The position numbers were made by a program, and so were the translations under genes. A stretch of 64,000 nucleotides of DNA from contig JAHOYU010000110.1 of the NCBI GenBank assembly GCA_019038625.1, positions 6,209 through 70,208 of the forward strand. Reading direction: 5' to 3'. Below the pieces are notes generated by a model. The model was not told where the DNA came from and did not search any database. It saw nothing but the letters and a program-made list of their open reading frames with translations. Of the stretch, positions 9,901-17,632 are shown one piece after another. Source of the stretch: Candidatus Latescibacterota bacterium (lineage in GTDB: Bacteria; Krumholzibacteriota; Krumholzibacteriia; Krumholzibacteriales; Krumholzibacteriaceae). Numbering within the stretch: the first letter of the stretch is position 1; every line of letters begins with the position of its first letter.

Positions 9901-10991
9901 CTATTCCTCCCTCCAGGACAGGGACGGGCGCACATTGGGTCCTGGGCGAAATGATAACCATGGCAGAAATCGAGCACATAGGTACCACCTATTATGGGTT
10001 TGATCAAACGTTCCGGTACGTATTACTGGGCGACCCCATGCTGACGATCGATGCCGGACCTCCTAATATGACTCTGGAAGCCGACTGGGGTGACGGCTGG
10101 GTCAGCCTGGACAGTGACACACTTAGATCGGGGAACAGTTCTAACACCGGAAGACTGAGATTCACCGCCACGGATGTAGTGGGGTTGGGAGGAGTGAAGT
10201 TCGTGGTCGACGGGGAGGACCGGACCGGTGATCTGGAGATATCGCGGTCAGGTGACGAATCTCTGACATGGCCGAGAAGCTGGTCGGCAGAGACGGACTA
10301 TGTAGTGTCGCTCGACGATCATTCGCTGTTGTTCTCGGTCCTGACTCCGGATGGGACAGAAGCGGGAAGTATCGAGTTGATGGTTGAGACCGGTGTAAGG
10401 CTTTTTCACAGTGGTGATATAGAGATATTTCCCGGTGGAGAAGCTCCCCCGGAGGGTGAGTTTCGTATTGTGATAGATCTTCCCGTCTACCTGCAGGAAC
10501 CTCCTCTCATGGAACTGGACGGAATCGAGTTTGCCGGAGCGAATCTGAGTGTGCCGGATGGAGCCGATTCGACGCACTGGGAAGGGACATTCGAAGCCAG
10601 GTTCGTGGGTGGCAGCCACACCTTCACGGTTTACGTGGGACAGCAATCGGTCGAATTCACCTTCCTGATATCGGGGAGCGAACTGGTAATGGACAGTTAT
10701 AACTACCCCAACCCGTTCAGGACGGGTACGAAAATATGTTATACGCTGAATTTCCCCGCCGATTCGGGAAACATAACGATATACAATGTAAGCGGGCGAC
10801 TTATCAGGACGCTGCCAGTCCCTTCGGATATGCTTGAAGCAGCAGATTATAGTGCTGCGAACTTCGTCTACTGGGACGGCAGGGATATGGCCGGTGACCG
10901 AGTTGCCAACGGCAGCTATATCATACTTCTCGAGATGGTTAAGGACGGCAGGGATACACGGTTTCAGTCCATCTCGATCAAACTCGAGTAA
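6945..10991 (+). CDS. Large secreted peptidase C25 (gingipain-like) family protein with a T9SS C-terminal sorting domain.
   Basis: A hydrophobic signal-like N-terminus follows a TTG start. The catalytic dyad context is FQGHAHRAH...(37 aa)...LGAGCHISQF. The C-terminus (YNYPNPFRTGTKICYT...IYNVSGRLIRTL...GSYIILLEM...SIKLE) is a T9SS CTD. The exact start is uncertain (TTG at 6945 or a downstream start). Confidence 0.8.
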   Translation: MSLYPLSFRSITRAVLLVIFGLPLLLSSLMGAGTRLVSSDISSAVFEIDIPVVDITRMEDGRVKLRIEGYGTFSPEGASELPGRTFLVAVPATGVVRVEWSIISQSDLGIVDLYRVPGKRLVEGEDGTALTEFFEADDPWDGEIRLERVAGGKPSFMGRQRVIPIRVNPVFRAGGRFAVATKIRVTVLSTGVDRAEMVPDAEVVRISGAWRSLYDELLVNPLDVEKHVLPLKSRMFVRSPFEAGKRLKIRIPETGLYSIRADSLIAAGLSPDLSNTGFALKKYYFDGNEPGLVRKVDIPIHIIKGESSPPDIFSGNDLVIFHSYGIKDDVDAGDVHASYTDFNIIWLEEDVPGVLMTESVMETGSALLVSVFDATVIERKDAWYEKNINAGTEDFYFLKEPVLAQAVMPFTLNDPEPLSTFDLTVRLMGLKRLVLHQILTFQLRNSSGTYDIGSDEVSGTNNEVYTFSGLSSGYLVDGENELLISSGTMGGFTVNDFTVDYPARFTSSDNMLEFILKVALPVQQVEVTGLDIDEGYVIDISAPSSPVFYDVPHENFQDNTTSFSAILKLQTSSDSKYVFLARGAGGHIKVDWISVDDPSSLMAEGGPFDALVISHPDFLPPTETVLSDYVAWREGMGFRTLTVNIEDIYDEFNGGLKSSDAIKRFIKYGFDNWGVEYVVLVGDGNEDHKQVFYDPSPLRGSPPDFIPPFTYSIDVIGSFYDDEVISTDKYYTYLDETWPESGYPDVFLGRLPVASNIELRAMMTKIREYENTENDDGWRRNVVLFADDAWSDYPNYRYKSGELHFEQGMERIALAIEDALPGGFDVDRLFLARWTDGAHEIGESGVVVFSEATDSTRTYFTPYLLDRLNEGALFFSFQGHAHRAHLSSESGFSMFSQYRDLNQLTAARNFVFLGAGCHISQFAIVSELGRLSDGPNGDCITEQMLFKSRAGAVGTYASTGFEVLDQNEYFFDTLHDYIFKTPPTDSIPPSRTGTGAHWVLGEMITMAEIEHIGTTYYGFDQTFRYVLLGDPMLTIDAGPPNMTLEADWGDGWVSLDSDTLRSGNSSNTGRLRFTATDVVGLGGVKFVVDGEDRTGDLEISRSGDESLTWPRSWSAETDYVVSLDDHSLLFSVLTPDGTEAGSIELMVETGVRLFHSGDIEIFPGGEAPPEGEFRIVIDLPVYLQEPPLMELDGIEFAGANLSVPDGADSTHWEGTFEARFVGGSHTFTVYVGQQSVEFTFLISGSELVMDSYNYPNPFRTGTKICYTLNFPADSGNITIYNVSGRLIRTLPVPSDMLEAADYSAANFVYWDGRDMAGDRVANGSYIILLEMVKDGRDTRFQSISIKLE

Positions 10992-11137
10992 GCACTCGTC
11001 GTCAATTGCGAGAAGAACAATCTCAGATTCCTCTTGTCCGTACAGCGAGATACTCAAGAAATCTCTTTACCTCGCGAACTCTTCCCTACTAGAATAGTCC
11101 CGGAAGGATCAGATTATAAACAAACGGAGGTCGAGAC

Positions 11138-11791
11138 TTGGACACGCGCCTGGATGAGCTCAGGAGCAGGAGCAATCGATTGATCGTCGGGATAGAAGCC
11201 GGGAACAGTAACCGGAGTATCTCTGCCGCCATCGTGGAAGTCTCGGGCAGGGGAGACGATACTATAATAGATATCTATTCGTTTAAGGATATCGAACTCC
11301 CCGGGGAACTTGTCGCAGCTCTGGAAGCTCTTGGCAGGATCGACGATTTCGATTCAGAAGAGATAGCCGGCATCAATTTTCTTCTGATCCACCAGATAAA
11401 CGGCCTTTTTCAGGACCTTTTCGACGATATTCAACTGGAACCGGAAGATGTGGACGTGCTGGGAGTAAAATGTCTGGAAATAGCTGGTAAACGGCTCCCG
11501 GAGGATCCTTCGGTGATCAGTGAGATGACAGGTTGCATAGTCGCGAGTCGGTTCAGAATTGAACTGGAGAACGGTAAGGGACCGGAACTCGATATCGTGG
11601 AGCCTATTCTGAGGAAAATGGTAGGAGAGATCATGGAAAGGCTCGAGATCGATATGGAAGCCAGCGAAGCTGTCGCGGTGGCCCTGATGGCCAACGAATC
11701 CGTATACAGCGATGGGGTGGAAGTGGATAAGGCAGATCCCACGGACAAGGAGAGAGCCGGTCTTTACGGAGAATTCTATTTTCCTGCCTGA
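11138..11791 (+). CDS. Hypothetical protein with weak resemblance to the N-terminus of an AnmK/ASKHA-type sugar kinase. It is too short to be a full enzyme.
   Basis: It has a TTG start after an AACGGAGG RBS. The stretch LIVGIEAGNSNRSISAAIVEVSG resembles the AnmK N-terminus (IGVMSGTSLDGVDVVLAAI). At 217 aa it is short against the ~370 aa typical of AnmK. It lies upstream of SpoIID-like and NagZ genes. Confidence 0.4.
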   Translation: MDTRLDELRSRSNRLIVGIEAGNSNRSISAAIVEVSGRGDDTIIDIYSFKDIELPGELVAALEALGRIDDFDSEEIAGINFLLIHQINGLFQDLFDDIQLEPEDVDVLGVKCLEIAGKRLPEDPSVISEMTGCIVASRFRIELENGKGPELDIVEPILRKMVGEIMERLEIDMEASEAVAVALMANESVYSDGVEVDKADPTDKERAGLYGEFYFPA

Positions 11792-11825
11792 GCCATCCGG
11801 TCGCTGCTCTCCCCGTTAAACTATC

Positions 11826-13193
11826 ATGATGAAAGGCTGTTTGATGAGATACGCGATCGTGGGAATAGCTATACTCGCTCTCGCAACGGTGATTTCTTGC
11901 GGAAGGCCGGAACCTGTCTACATTTCGGGAGACCCGGAAGCGCCCGATGAACAGTCATCACTGCCGGGCCCTGATCCTTCAGTCCATACAGGGACTGATC
12001 ATTCGCCTCGAGTACGTGTGTTGATCCTGGAGACATCAGACAGGATAAGGGTCGAAGTAGATGGGGCCCAGGTAGAGGCGGCAGGATCAGATGTGCCCGG
12101 AAAGGCTCGCTCGCAAACGAAGGCCGATATTCGGGGCCGACTCGATATCACCCGAAATGGGAAGGAAATAAAGGTAGCCGGGGGTGGGCGGACAATCGCC
12201 CGTTCTCCCTGGATCATGATCAGGCCGGAGCCAGGCAGTGATTTTCGGATCGAAGGAAAGATCTACAGGGGCGCTCTTCTTCTCAGGAACATGGGCAGGC
12301 GTATTCAGGCTATCAATGTGATCGGTGTGGACGACTATATCAAGGGTGTACTTCCATCGGAGATCGGATATCTCCGTAAAGGCCAGTATGAGGCATACAG
12401 GGTGCAGGCCATCGCGGCCCGTTCTTATGCGATGGGAAAACTCGAAGAAAAGAAAAATTCTCCTTATGATCTGAAGGCGACGATAATGGACCAGGTCTAC
12501 AGAGGAGTCGGTGGTGAAAATACTGAAGCGTCAGCAGCCGTCGATGAGACCAGGGGACTGGTTGGATTGTGGAATGGCAGGGTGATCACAGCCTACTACA
12601 GTTCCTGCTGTGGAGGGCATACGGCCGATATACGGGACGGGTGGCCCTGGAAAGCTGATTTTCCGTATTTATACGGCAGCAGGGATTCGGAAGGCCGCCG
12701 GGGAAAGTCCTTTTGTCGTGATTCAAGACATTTCAGGTGGGAACACAGCTGGGACGGCCGGGCTCTTTTCCAGATCCTGAGGAAGACCCTGTCTGCCGAG
12801 CTGGGTAATCGTGTCGCGCCATTCTCAAGGCTTGTCGATATAAAGGTAGACGGTCTTTCAAAGAGTGGTCGGGTCAAGGCTCTTGTCTTTGTGACCGACA
12901 GGGGCAGGTACAGGGTCGAGGGAGACAGGTTAAGATGGGTGATGAGGCCCGAATCAGCCAGTGGGTCGATCCTCCGAAGCACACTATTCAAGATGAAAGT
13001 GACCAGGTCAGGTGGAAGGGTCGCTTCAGTTTCATTAAAGGGTGCCGGGAATGGGCACGGTACAGGTATGTGCCAGAGCGGAGCGATCAAGATGGCCGAG
13101 GAGGGGTATGATTTCAGGGAGATCCTGCTCCACTACTATCCAAAAATAACTATCGAAAGGGTCTATCAGGCCGAACGGGGAATGGATCGATGA
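11826..13193 (+). CDS. SpoIID/LytB domain protein, a peptidoglycan-remodelling protein.
   Basis: Conserved SpoIID motifs are present (YRVQAIAARSYAMGK and YYSSCCGGHTADIRDGW). There is a signal or lipobox-like N-terminus (TVISCG). Confidence 0.8.
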   Translation: MMKGCLMRYAIVGIAILALATVISCGRPEPVYISGDPEAPDEQSSLPGPDPSVHTGTDHSPRVRVLILETSDRIRVEVDGAQVEAAGSDVPGKARSQTKADIRGRLDITRNGKEIKVAGGGRTIARSPWIMIRPEPGSDFRIEGKIYRGALLLRNMGRRIQAINVIGVDDYIKGVLPSEIGYLRKGQYEAYRVQAIAARSYAMGKLEEKKNSPYDLKATIMDQVYRGVGGENTEASAAVDETRGLVGLWNGRVITAYYSSCCGGHTADIRDGWPWKADFPYLYGSRDSEGRRGKSFCRDSRHFRWEHSWDGRALFQILRKTLSAELGNRVAPFSRLVDIKVDGLSKSGRVKALVFVTDRGRYRVEGDRLRWVMRPESASGSILRSTLFKMKVTRSGGRVASVSLKGAGNGHGTGMCQSGAIKMAEEGYDFREILLHYYPKITIERVYQAERGMDR

Positions 13194-14797
13194 TAAACGA
13201 TATCATCAGAAAACTTTCACCCCTTATCGTGGTTGGCCTCGAGGGGACCGTCCTCACCGACAGGGAAAGGGAGCTTCTGGCTGCCTTTCCGCCCGCCGGA
13301 GTGATTTTCTTTGCCCGTAATGTTGTGGACACGGCCCAGTTGAAAGGTCTGGCCTCTGAAGTATCGGATATCATCATGGATGCTTCCGGTCTGGTCCCAC
13401 TGATCATGGCGGACCATGAAGGCGGTCGGACCTCTGTCCTGGCAAAGGCGGTCGGAACGCCCCCTTCACAGATGTCTCTGCTCAGGGCAGAGTCACTGCT
13501 TGGAGAGAAGGGGATGCTGGAGGAGACATTCAGGGAGACTGCGATGAGGATGCTTTCCTGCGGCATCAATATGACTCTGAGTCCAGTGGCTGATATTAAT
13601 TCCGAGTATCTCAATCCCATCATCGGTACCAGAGCATTCGATATTGCTGCCGATCCTGTCTGTGACGCGGTGTTAAGAGCTATCCTGGCGCTCAGGGAGA
13701 CAGGGATACTTACATCGATAAAACATTTTCCAGGGCATGGGTCCACTACCGGTGATTCCCATCTGGTCCTGCCAAGTGTCGGAAAGACGATTGATGAATT
13801 GATACAGAGTGATATGGAACCGTTCAGGTCGGGGGTCAGTGCTGGGGCGGATACGGTGATGACAGCGCATATTGCTCCTGCGGACCGTTCTCTTCCAGCT
13901 TCGCTCGATCCGTTTATCATAGGTGATCTGCTGAGAGGACGATTGGGTTTCGATGGGGTCGTCATCACAGACGGCCTCGAAATGGCAGGTATCCTGACAG
14001 GCAGGGGGTTGACGGGAGCTGCTTCCGGGCTTAATTCCGGTGAGGGCTGCCTTCTCAAGCCTGCCTGTGTGTTGAGGACAGTCCTGGAAGCGGGAAATGA
14101 TATTCTTCTGTTTTCGCGACCAGCAGCAGAAGTCTATGCGGAGATAGAAGAGATGCTGCCTCTTCTTGAAGATGATCTGGATTTCTGGCATGAAGAGTTC
14201 GATGATATATTGGCCTGCTCGAGGCCTCGTGTGGACGAGTTGAGGTCCAGGGCCGTAGCAGCTGGAAGGTCGGGGGTGGACAGGGCATGGGAGTTTTCGG
14301 ACGAAATATATGAGAGAGTATCGGATATAGTGACAGGAGTTGCTGGCAGAGCCGGACTGGCGGGTAGGCCCACATTCGATGATTCGACGCCGATAGTATT
14401 CTGTGGGGAAGAAAAGGATTTTTCATATTTTACGACAGCAAGTTTCATCTCCATCCTTTTATCCGAGACTGGCCGCACGGAGGGGGTTGCCCCCACTCCG
14501 GAAAGGGCCCTTGAACCGCTTTTCGAAGGTTCGTCTCCGCGCTCACGCGAACCAATGAGATTCTTCAGCCTGTCTTATGGTTCCCGGTCGGAAAAACCTT
14601 CAGGTGTCCTGGTCATGATGGGGCGCAGACCTCTCATAGTCGAAGACCTCAACCGTCTTGCAGAGGGATTCGATACGATCGTGGTAACAGATTGGCCATG
14701 GGCTTCAAGGCTCATCGATACACAAAAAAAGATTATAACTACCTATGGAATATGTGATTCGGCAGCTTCAGCTGTGGCAGGTCTGTTGAGTGGATAG
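13190..14797 (+). CDS. nagZ: Beta-N-acetylhexosaminidase (GH3, NagZ-like) with a C-terminal extension.
   Basis: It carries the KHFPGHGSTTGDSH motif typical of the GH3 NagZ family. Its ATGA start overlaps the stop of the upstream gene. Confidence 0.8.
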   Translation: MINDIIRKLSPLIVVGLEGTVLTDRERELLAAFPPAGVIFFARNVVDTAQLKGLASEVSDIIMDASGLVPLIMADHEGGRTSVLAKAVGTPPSQMSLLRAESLLGEKGMLEETFRETAMRMLSCGINMTLSPVADINSEYLNPIIGTRAFDIAADPVCDAVLRAILALRETGILTSIKHFPGHGSTTGDSHLVLPSVGKTIDELIQSDMEPFRSGVSAGADTVMTAHIAPADRSLPASLDPFIIGDLLRGRLGFDGVVITDGLEMAGILTGRGLTGAASGLNSGEGCLLKPACVLRTVLEAGNDILLFSRPAAEVYAEIEEMLPLLEDDLDFWHEEFDDILACSRPRVDELRSRAVAAGRSGVDRAWEFSDEIYERVSDIVTGVAGRAGLAGRPTFDDSTPIVFCGEEKDFSYFTTASFISILLSETGRTEGVAPTPERALEPLFEGSSPRSREPMRFFSLSYGSRSEKPSGVLVMMGRRPLIVEDLNRLAEGFDTIVVTDWPWASRLIDTQKKIITTYGICDSAASAVAGLLSG

Positions 14798-14823
14798 GGA
14801 GCCTGAGCAGAATCAGAATTTAT

Positions 14824-14852
14824 TTGACATTAGGACCATACCCTGTTATTAA
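14824..14852 (+). promoter_or_regulatory. Promoter candidate for tRNA-Asp.
   Basis: TTGACA (14824-14829), a 17-nt spacer, then TATTAA (14847-14852), about 75 nt upstream of the tRNA. Confidence 0.4.
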
Positions 14853-14928
14853 TATTCATGTTGGGCAGGGTTGACTGCCTGTTTTTTTTCAGTCATCCGG
14901 GATGTCCTGCACGTAAAATGATTAGTAC

Positions 14929-15003
14929 GGGGTCGTAGTTCAGTTTGGTTAGAACGCCTGCCTGTCACGCAGGAGGTCGCGAGTTCGAGTCTCGTCGGCC
15001 CCG
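14929..15003 (+). tRNA. tRNA-Asp (anticodon GTC); the 3' CCA is not encoded.
   Basis: It reads GGGGTCGTAGTTCAGTTTGGTTAGAACGCCTGCCTGTCACGCAGGAGGTCGCGAGTTCGAGTCTCGTCGGCCCCG. The acceptor stem is 7 bp, the anticodon loop is cTGTCAc, and there is a T-arm GTTCGAGTC. It is near-identical in layout to bacterial tRNA-Asp. Confidence 0.9.
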
Positions 15004-15011
15004 TTTTTTTT

Positions 15012-15046
15012 GACCGGACGATCAGATGGTCGGTCGGTCTTTTTTT
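15012..15046 (+). terminator. Rho-independent terminator downstream of tRNA-Asp.
   Basis: A GACCG...CGGTC(GGTC) hairpin is followed by a T7 tract. Confidence 0.6.
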
Positions 15047-15064
15047 GTCCTGATAAAAAGAAAA

Positions 15065-15097
15065 AGCGGAGGATGATCATCCTCCGCTTTTATTTAT
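15065..15097 (-). terminator. Bidirectional rho-independent terminator serving the minus-strand RRM gene.
   Basis: A perfect 10-bp stem (AGCGGAGGAT gatc ATCCTCCGCT) is flanked by T/A-rich tracts on both sides. Confidence 0.8.
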
Positions 15098-15119
15098 ATG
15101 GAATATCGAACCAGGGCTT

Positions 15120-15437
15120 CTAGTATCTGTCCCGGCCGTATCCGCCGCCGCCACCGCGACCTCCGCCTCCTCCGCCTCCTCGTTTGTCCTCGCGGGGCTT
15201 TGCCTCGCTGACTTTGAGTGCGCGGCCATCAATTTCCTTGCCGTTGACACCTTCGATGGCTTTCAATGCTTCTTCGTCATTGTCCATCTCTACGAAACCA
15301 AAGCCCCTGGATCGATCCGTAAACTTGTCCTTGATAATGCGGGCTGAACTTACAGAGCCAAAAGGGCTGAAGAGCTGATTAAGATCATCATCAGTCGTTG
15401 AAAACGGGAGGTTTCCAACATAAATATTCTTTGCCAT
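15120..15437 (-). CDS. RRM-type RNA-binding protein with a glycine-rich C-terminal tail.
   Basis: It has the RNP1 motif RGFGFVEM and an RNP2-like IYVGNLPF. The tail is RGGGGGGGRGGGGGYGRDRY. Confidence 0.9.
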   Translation of the reverse strand: MAKNIYVGNLPFSTTDDDLNQLFSPFGSVSSARIIKDKFTDRSRGFGFVEMDNDEEALKAIEGVNGKEIDGRALKVSEAKPREDKRGGGGGGGRGGGGGYGRDRY

Positions 15438-15955
15438 TTTCTTAAAGGTCCTTTCTAAAACAAAAACTGAATCGGAATCTAGCCACAGATACTGTTGTAG
15501 CCTGCAGCATCTTCATTTCTTTTCGGGCATCACCTCAGTTTCAAAGCGAAACAAAACACCGACGACCATATCCTTTTGAACCGATCCGACACAGTTCCCA
15601 AGTCCTGCTTCGAATAAGATTTGTCCTGGAAAATATAAGACAGGTAAATTACTTTTTCGAACCGTTTCTTGAAACTGGCCGCTATTTGATCGCTTTTGGT
15701 TAAGAGTCCCTGTTATCTCCTTTGTCGGAACTGTCCCTACAATTGAAATATACAACTACATGTCAAGAAAATGCCAGTATTTTTTCCGGTTTTCAGGTAG
15801 TAGCTTCTTTCAACCCCGATTCTATTCTGTCTGTTCCGTGGGTGCCTGAAAGAAGATATTGATTGCCTGGCATGATTTTCATTGATATTCTGGCACCCTG
15901 TGTGCGGTGCTTCTATCAACCGCTTTCCGGTCAACATTTTCGGTGGAGGACTGTC

Positions 15956-17530
15956 ATGATGCTTTCCCGGTTCACAAGTATTTTATTTACCATAATATTT
16001 CTGGTCGGTGTGTGGGCAGGTTCAGGGCTCGAGGCATGCACATGTATTCTTGTCGGGAAGAATGCTTCAGTTGATGGTTCGACGACGACTAGCCATACCT
16101 GCGACAGCAGGCTAGACAGGACATGGCTGGAAGTTGTTCAAGGGGCAAAATATCACAAGGGGAGTACTTGTGGTGTCTATCTTGGGTCGAGGTTCACCAG
16201 GTATCCCGGCGATACTGCGGGTGTCAGACTGATGGGTCAGATCCCCCAGGTTCGAGAGACGTTCGCTTATCTGAATTCAGCTTACCCATGCATGAATGAA
16301 AAGCAGCTCGCGATTGGCGAGTCCACATTCGGGGGAAGGGCTGAGTTGAGGAATAAAGAGGCTTTCTTTTCCTGTGAGGAACTATGTCGCTTCGCCCTGG
16401 AAAGGGCTTCTACCTGCAGAGAGGCCATCAGTTTGATAGGGTCGCTTACGAAGGAATTTGGATATAATGATGGTGGAGAGTGTCTTATGTTCGCCGATAC
16501 GGATGAGATATGGCATTTCGAGATCATCGGTTCGGGAAAGGACAGGGTCGGTTCAGTATGGGCGGCGCAGCGCATACCGGACGACCATGTCGGGGTGACA
16601 GCCAACGCCAGCAGGATCATGGAGATCGATCCCGGCGATTCGGAAAATTTCATGACCAGTGAGAATGTCATTGATGTCGCTGTTGAAAATGGCTGGTACG
16701 ATCCCGATTCGGGAGAGCCGTTCCGGTTCTGCTATGCTTATGACCCGGGGGGACGGACCAGTATGGCCGCGCGCCGAAGGGAATGGAGGGTATTCGACCT
16801 GCTTGCGCCATCTCTGGGGCTTGATCCAAACTCTGAGAACTATCCCATTTCTGTCAGACCCGATACCCTGGTCACTGTAAGGCGGGTAATGGAGATATTC
16901 AGGGATACCTTCGAGGGTACCGAGTTCGATATGACAAAGTTCATGTACGTGGAGACCGAAGACGGGAAATTCGAGAAGAGCCCGTACGCGAACCCGTTCA
17001 TGCATTACGATATGATGCCCCTGATGAAGGTCAACGGGGGGTGGGGAAAGATGGGCGAGAGATGTATAGCCAGGTATTATTGCGCATATATCACTGTGAC
17101 CCAGTCGCGTGGATGGATGCCCGATCCGGTAGGAGGACTGGTCTGGTTCGGATGGGACAATCCTGCCATGACTGCTTTTACTCCTCTCTACTGCGGGATC
17201 TCCAATGTGCCCGAAAGCTGGAAACTAAGCGGGCGCCAGGCCTTCGACAGGGATTGTGCCTGGTGGGGGTTCAATCGTGTTGCCGACCTGTCTGCTCAGA
17301 AATGGGGGCAGATGAGAGTCGATGTCGATTCCGTAAGAGTGGCGTTCGAAGACAGGGCTTTCGATGACCAGGCAGAGCTGGAGAAAAAAGCGGTAGCCCT
17401 GTTCGAAAAAAGCCCAAAGAGAGCCAGAAAGTTACTTACCGAATATTCCTGCGGGTTTGCCGAAGAGACAACGGCTGCGTACTGGGACCTTGGAGACCAT
17501 CTCTGGTGGAAATACACCGGAAAGTTCTGA
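15956..17530 (+). CDS. Peptidase C69 family dipeptidase (Ntn-hydrolase fold).
   Basis: The signal peptide ends ...GSGLEA immediately before CTCILVGKNASVDGS. An N-terminal nucleophile Cys right after the signal peptide is typical of C69. A GGAGG RBS precedes the ATG at 15956. Confidence 0.75.
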   Translation: MMLSRFTSILFTIIFLVGVWAGSGLEACTCILVGKNASVDGSTTTSHTCDSRLDRTWLEVVQGAKYHKGSTCGVYLGSRFTRYPGDTAGVRLMGQIPQVRETFAYLNSAYPCMNEKQLAIGESTFGGRAELRNKEAFFSCEELCRFALERASTCREAISLIGSLTKEFGYNDGGECLMFADTDEIWHFEIIGSGKDRVGSVWAAQRIPDDHVGVTANASRIMEIDPGDSENFMTSENVIDVAVENGWYDPDSGEPFRFCYAYDPGGRTSMAARRREWRVFDLLAPSLGLDPNSENYPISVRPDTLVTVRRVMEIFRDTFEGTEFDMTKFMYVETEDGKFEKSPYANPFMHYDMMPLMKVNGGWGKMGERCIARYYCAYITVTQSRGWMPDPVGGLVWFGWDNPAMTAFTPLYCGISNVPESWKLSGRQAFDRDCAWWGFNRVADLSAQKWGQMRVDVDSVRVAFEDRAFDDQAELEKKAVALFEKSPKRARKLLTEYSCGFAEETTAAYWDLGDHLWWKYTGKF

Positions 17531-17632
17531 TGTGTTGATGAGTCTCTGGATAAATGATATAGTCGCGCGGAGATATAGTGATCAAAAGGCCAAAGGAAAA
17601 TAGCACTAATTAACCAGTCAAGGAGTGGACGG

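Noticed and set aside
9045-11057. Minus-strand ORFs of 320 and 269 aa inside, or overlapping the end of, the C25 peptidase gene.
   Set aside because: They are antisense shadow ORFs within a gene that has strong homology signals. They have no RBS and no motifs.
13150-14058. A 302-aa minus-strand ORF antisense to nagZ.
   Set aside because: NagZ motifs on the plus strand are unambiguous. The antisense product is Ser/Pro/Arg-rich junk.
14865-14888. A possible terminator hairpin between nagZ and tRNA-Asp.
   Set aside because: The stem is only 4 bp (CAGG/CCTG) before the T8 tract. That is too weak to call, and the T-run may simply be part of the tRNA promoter region.
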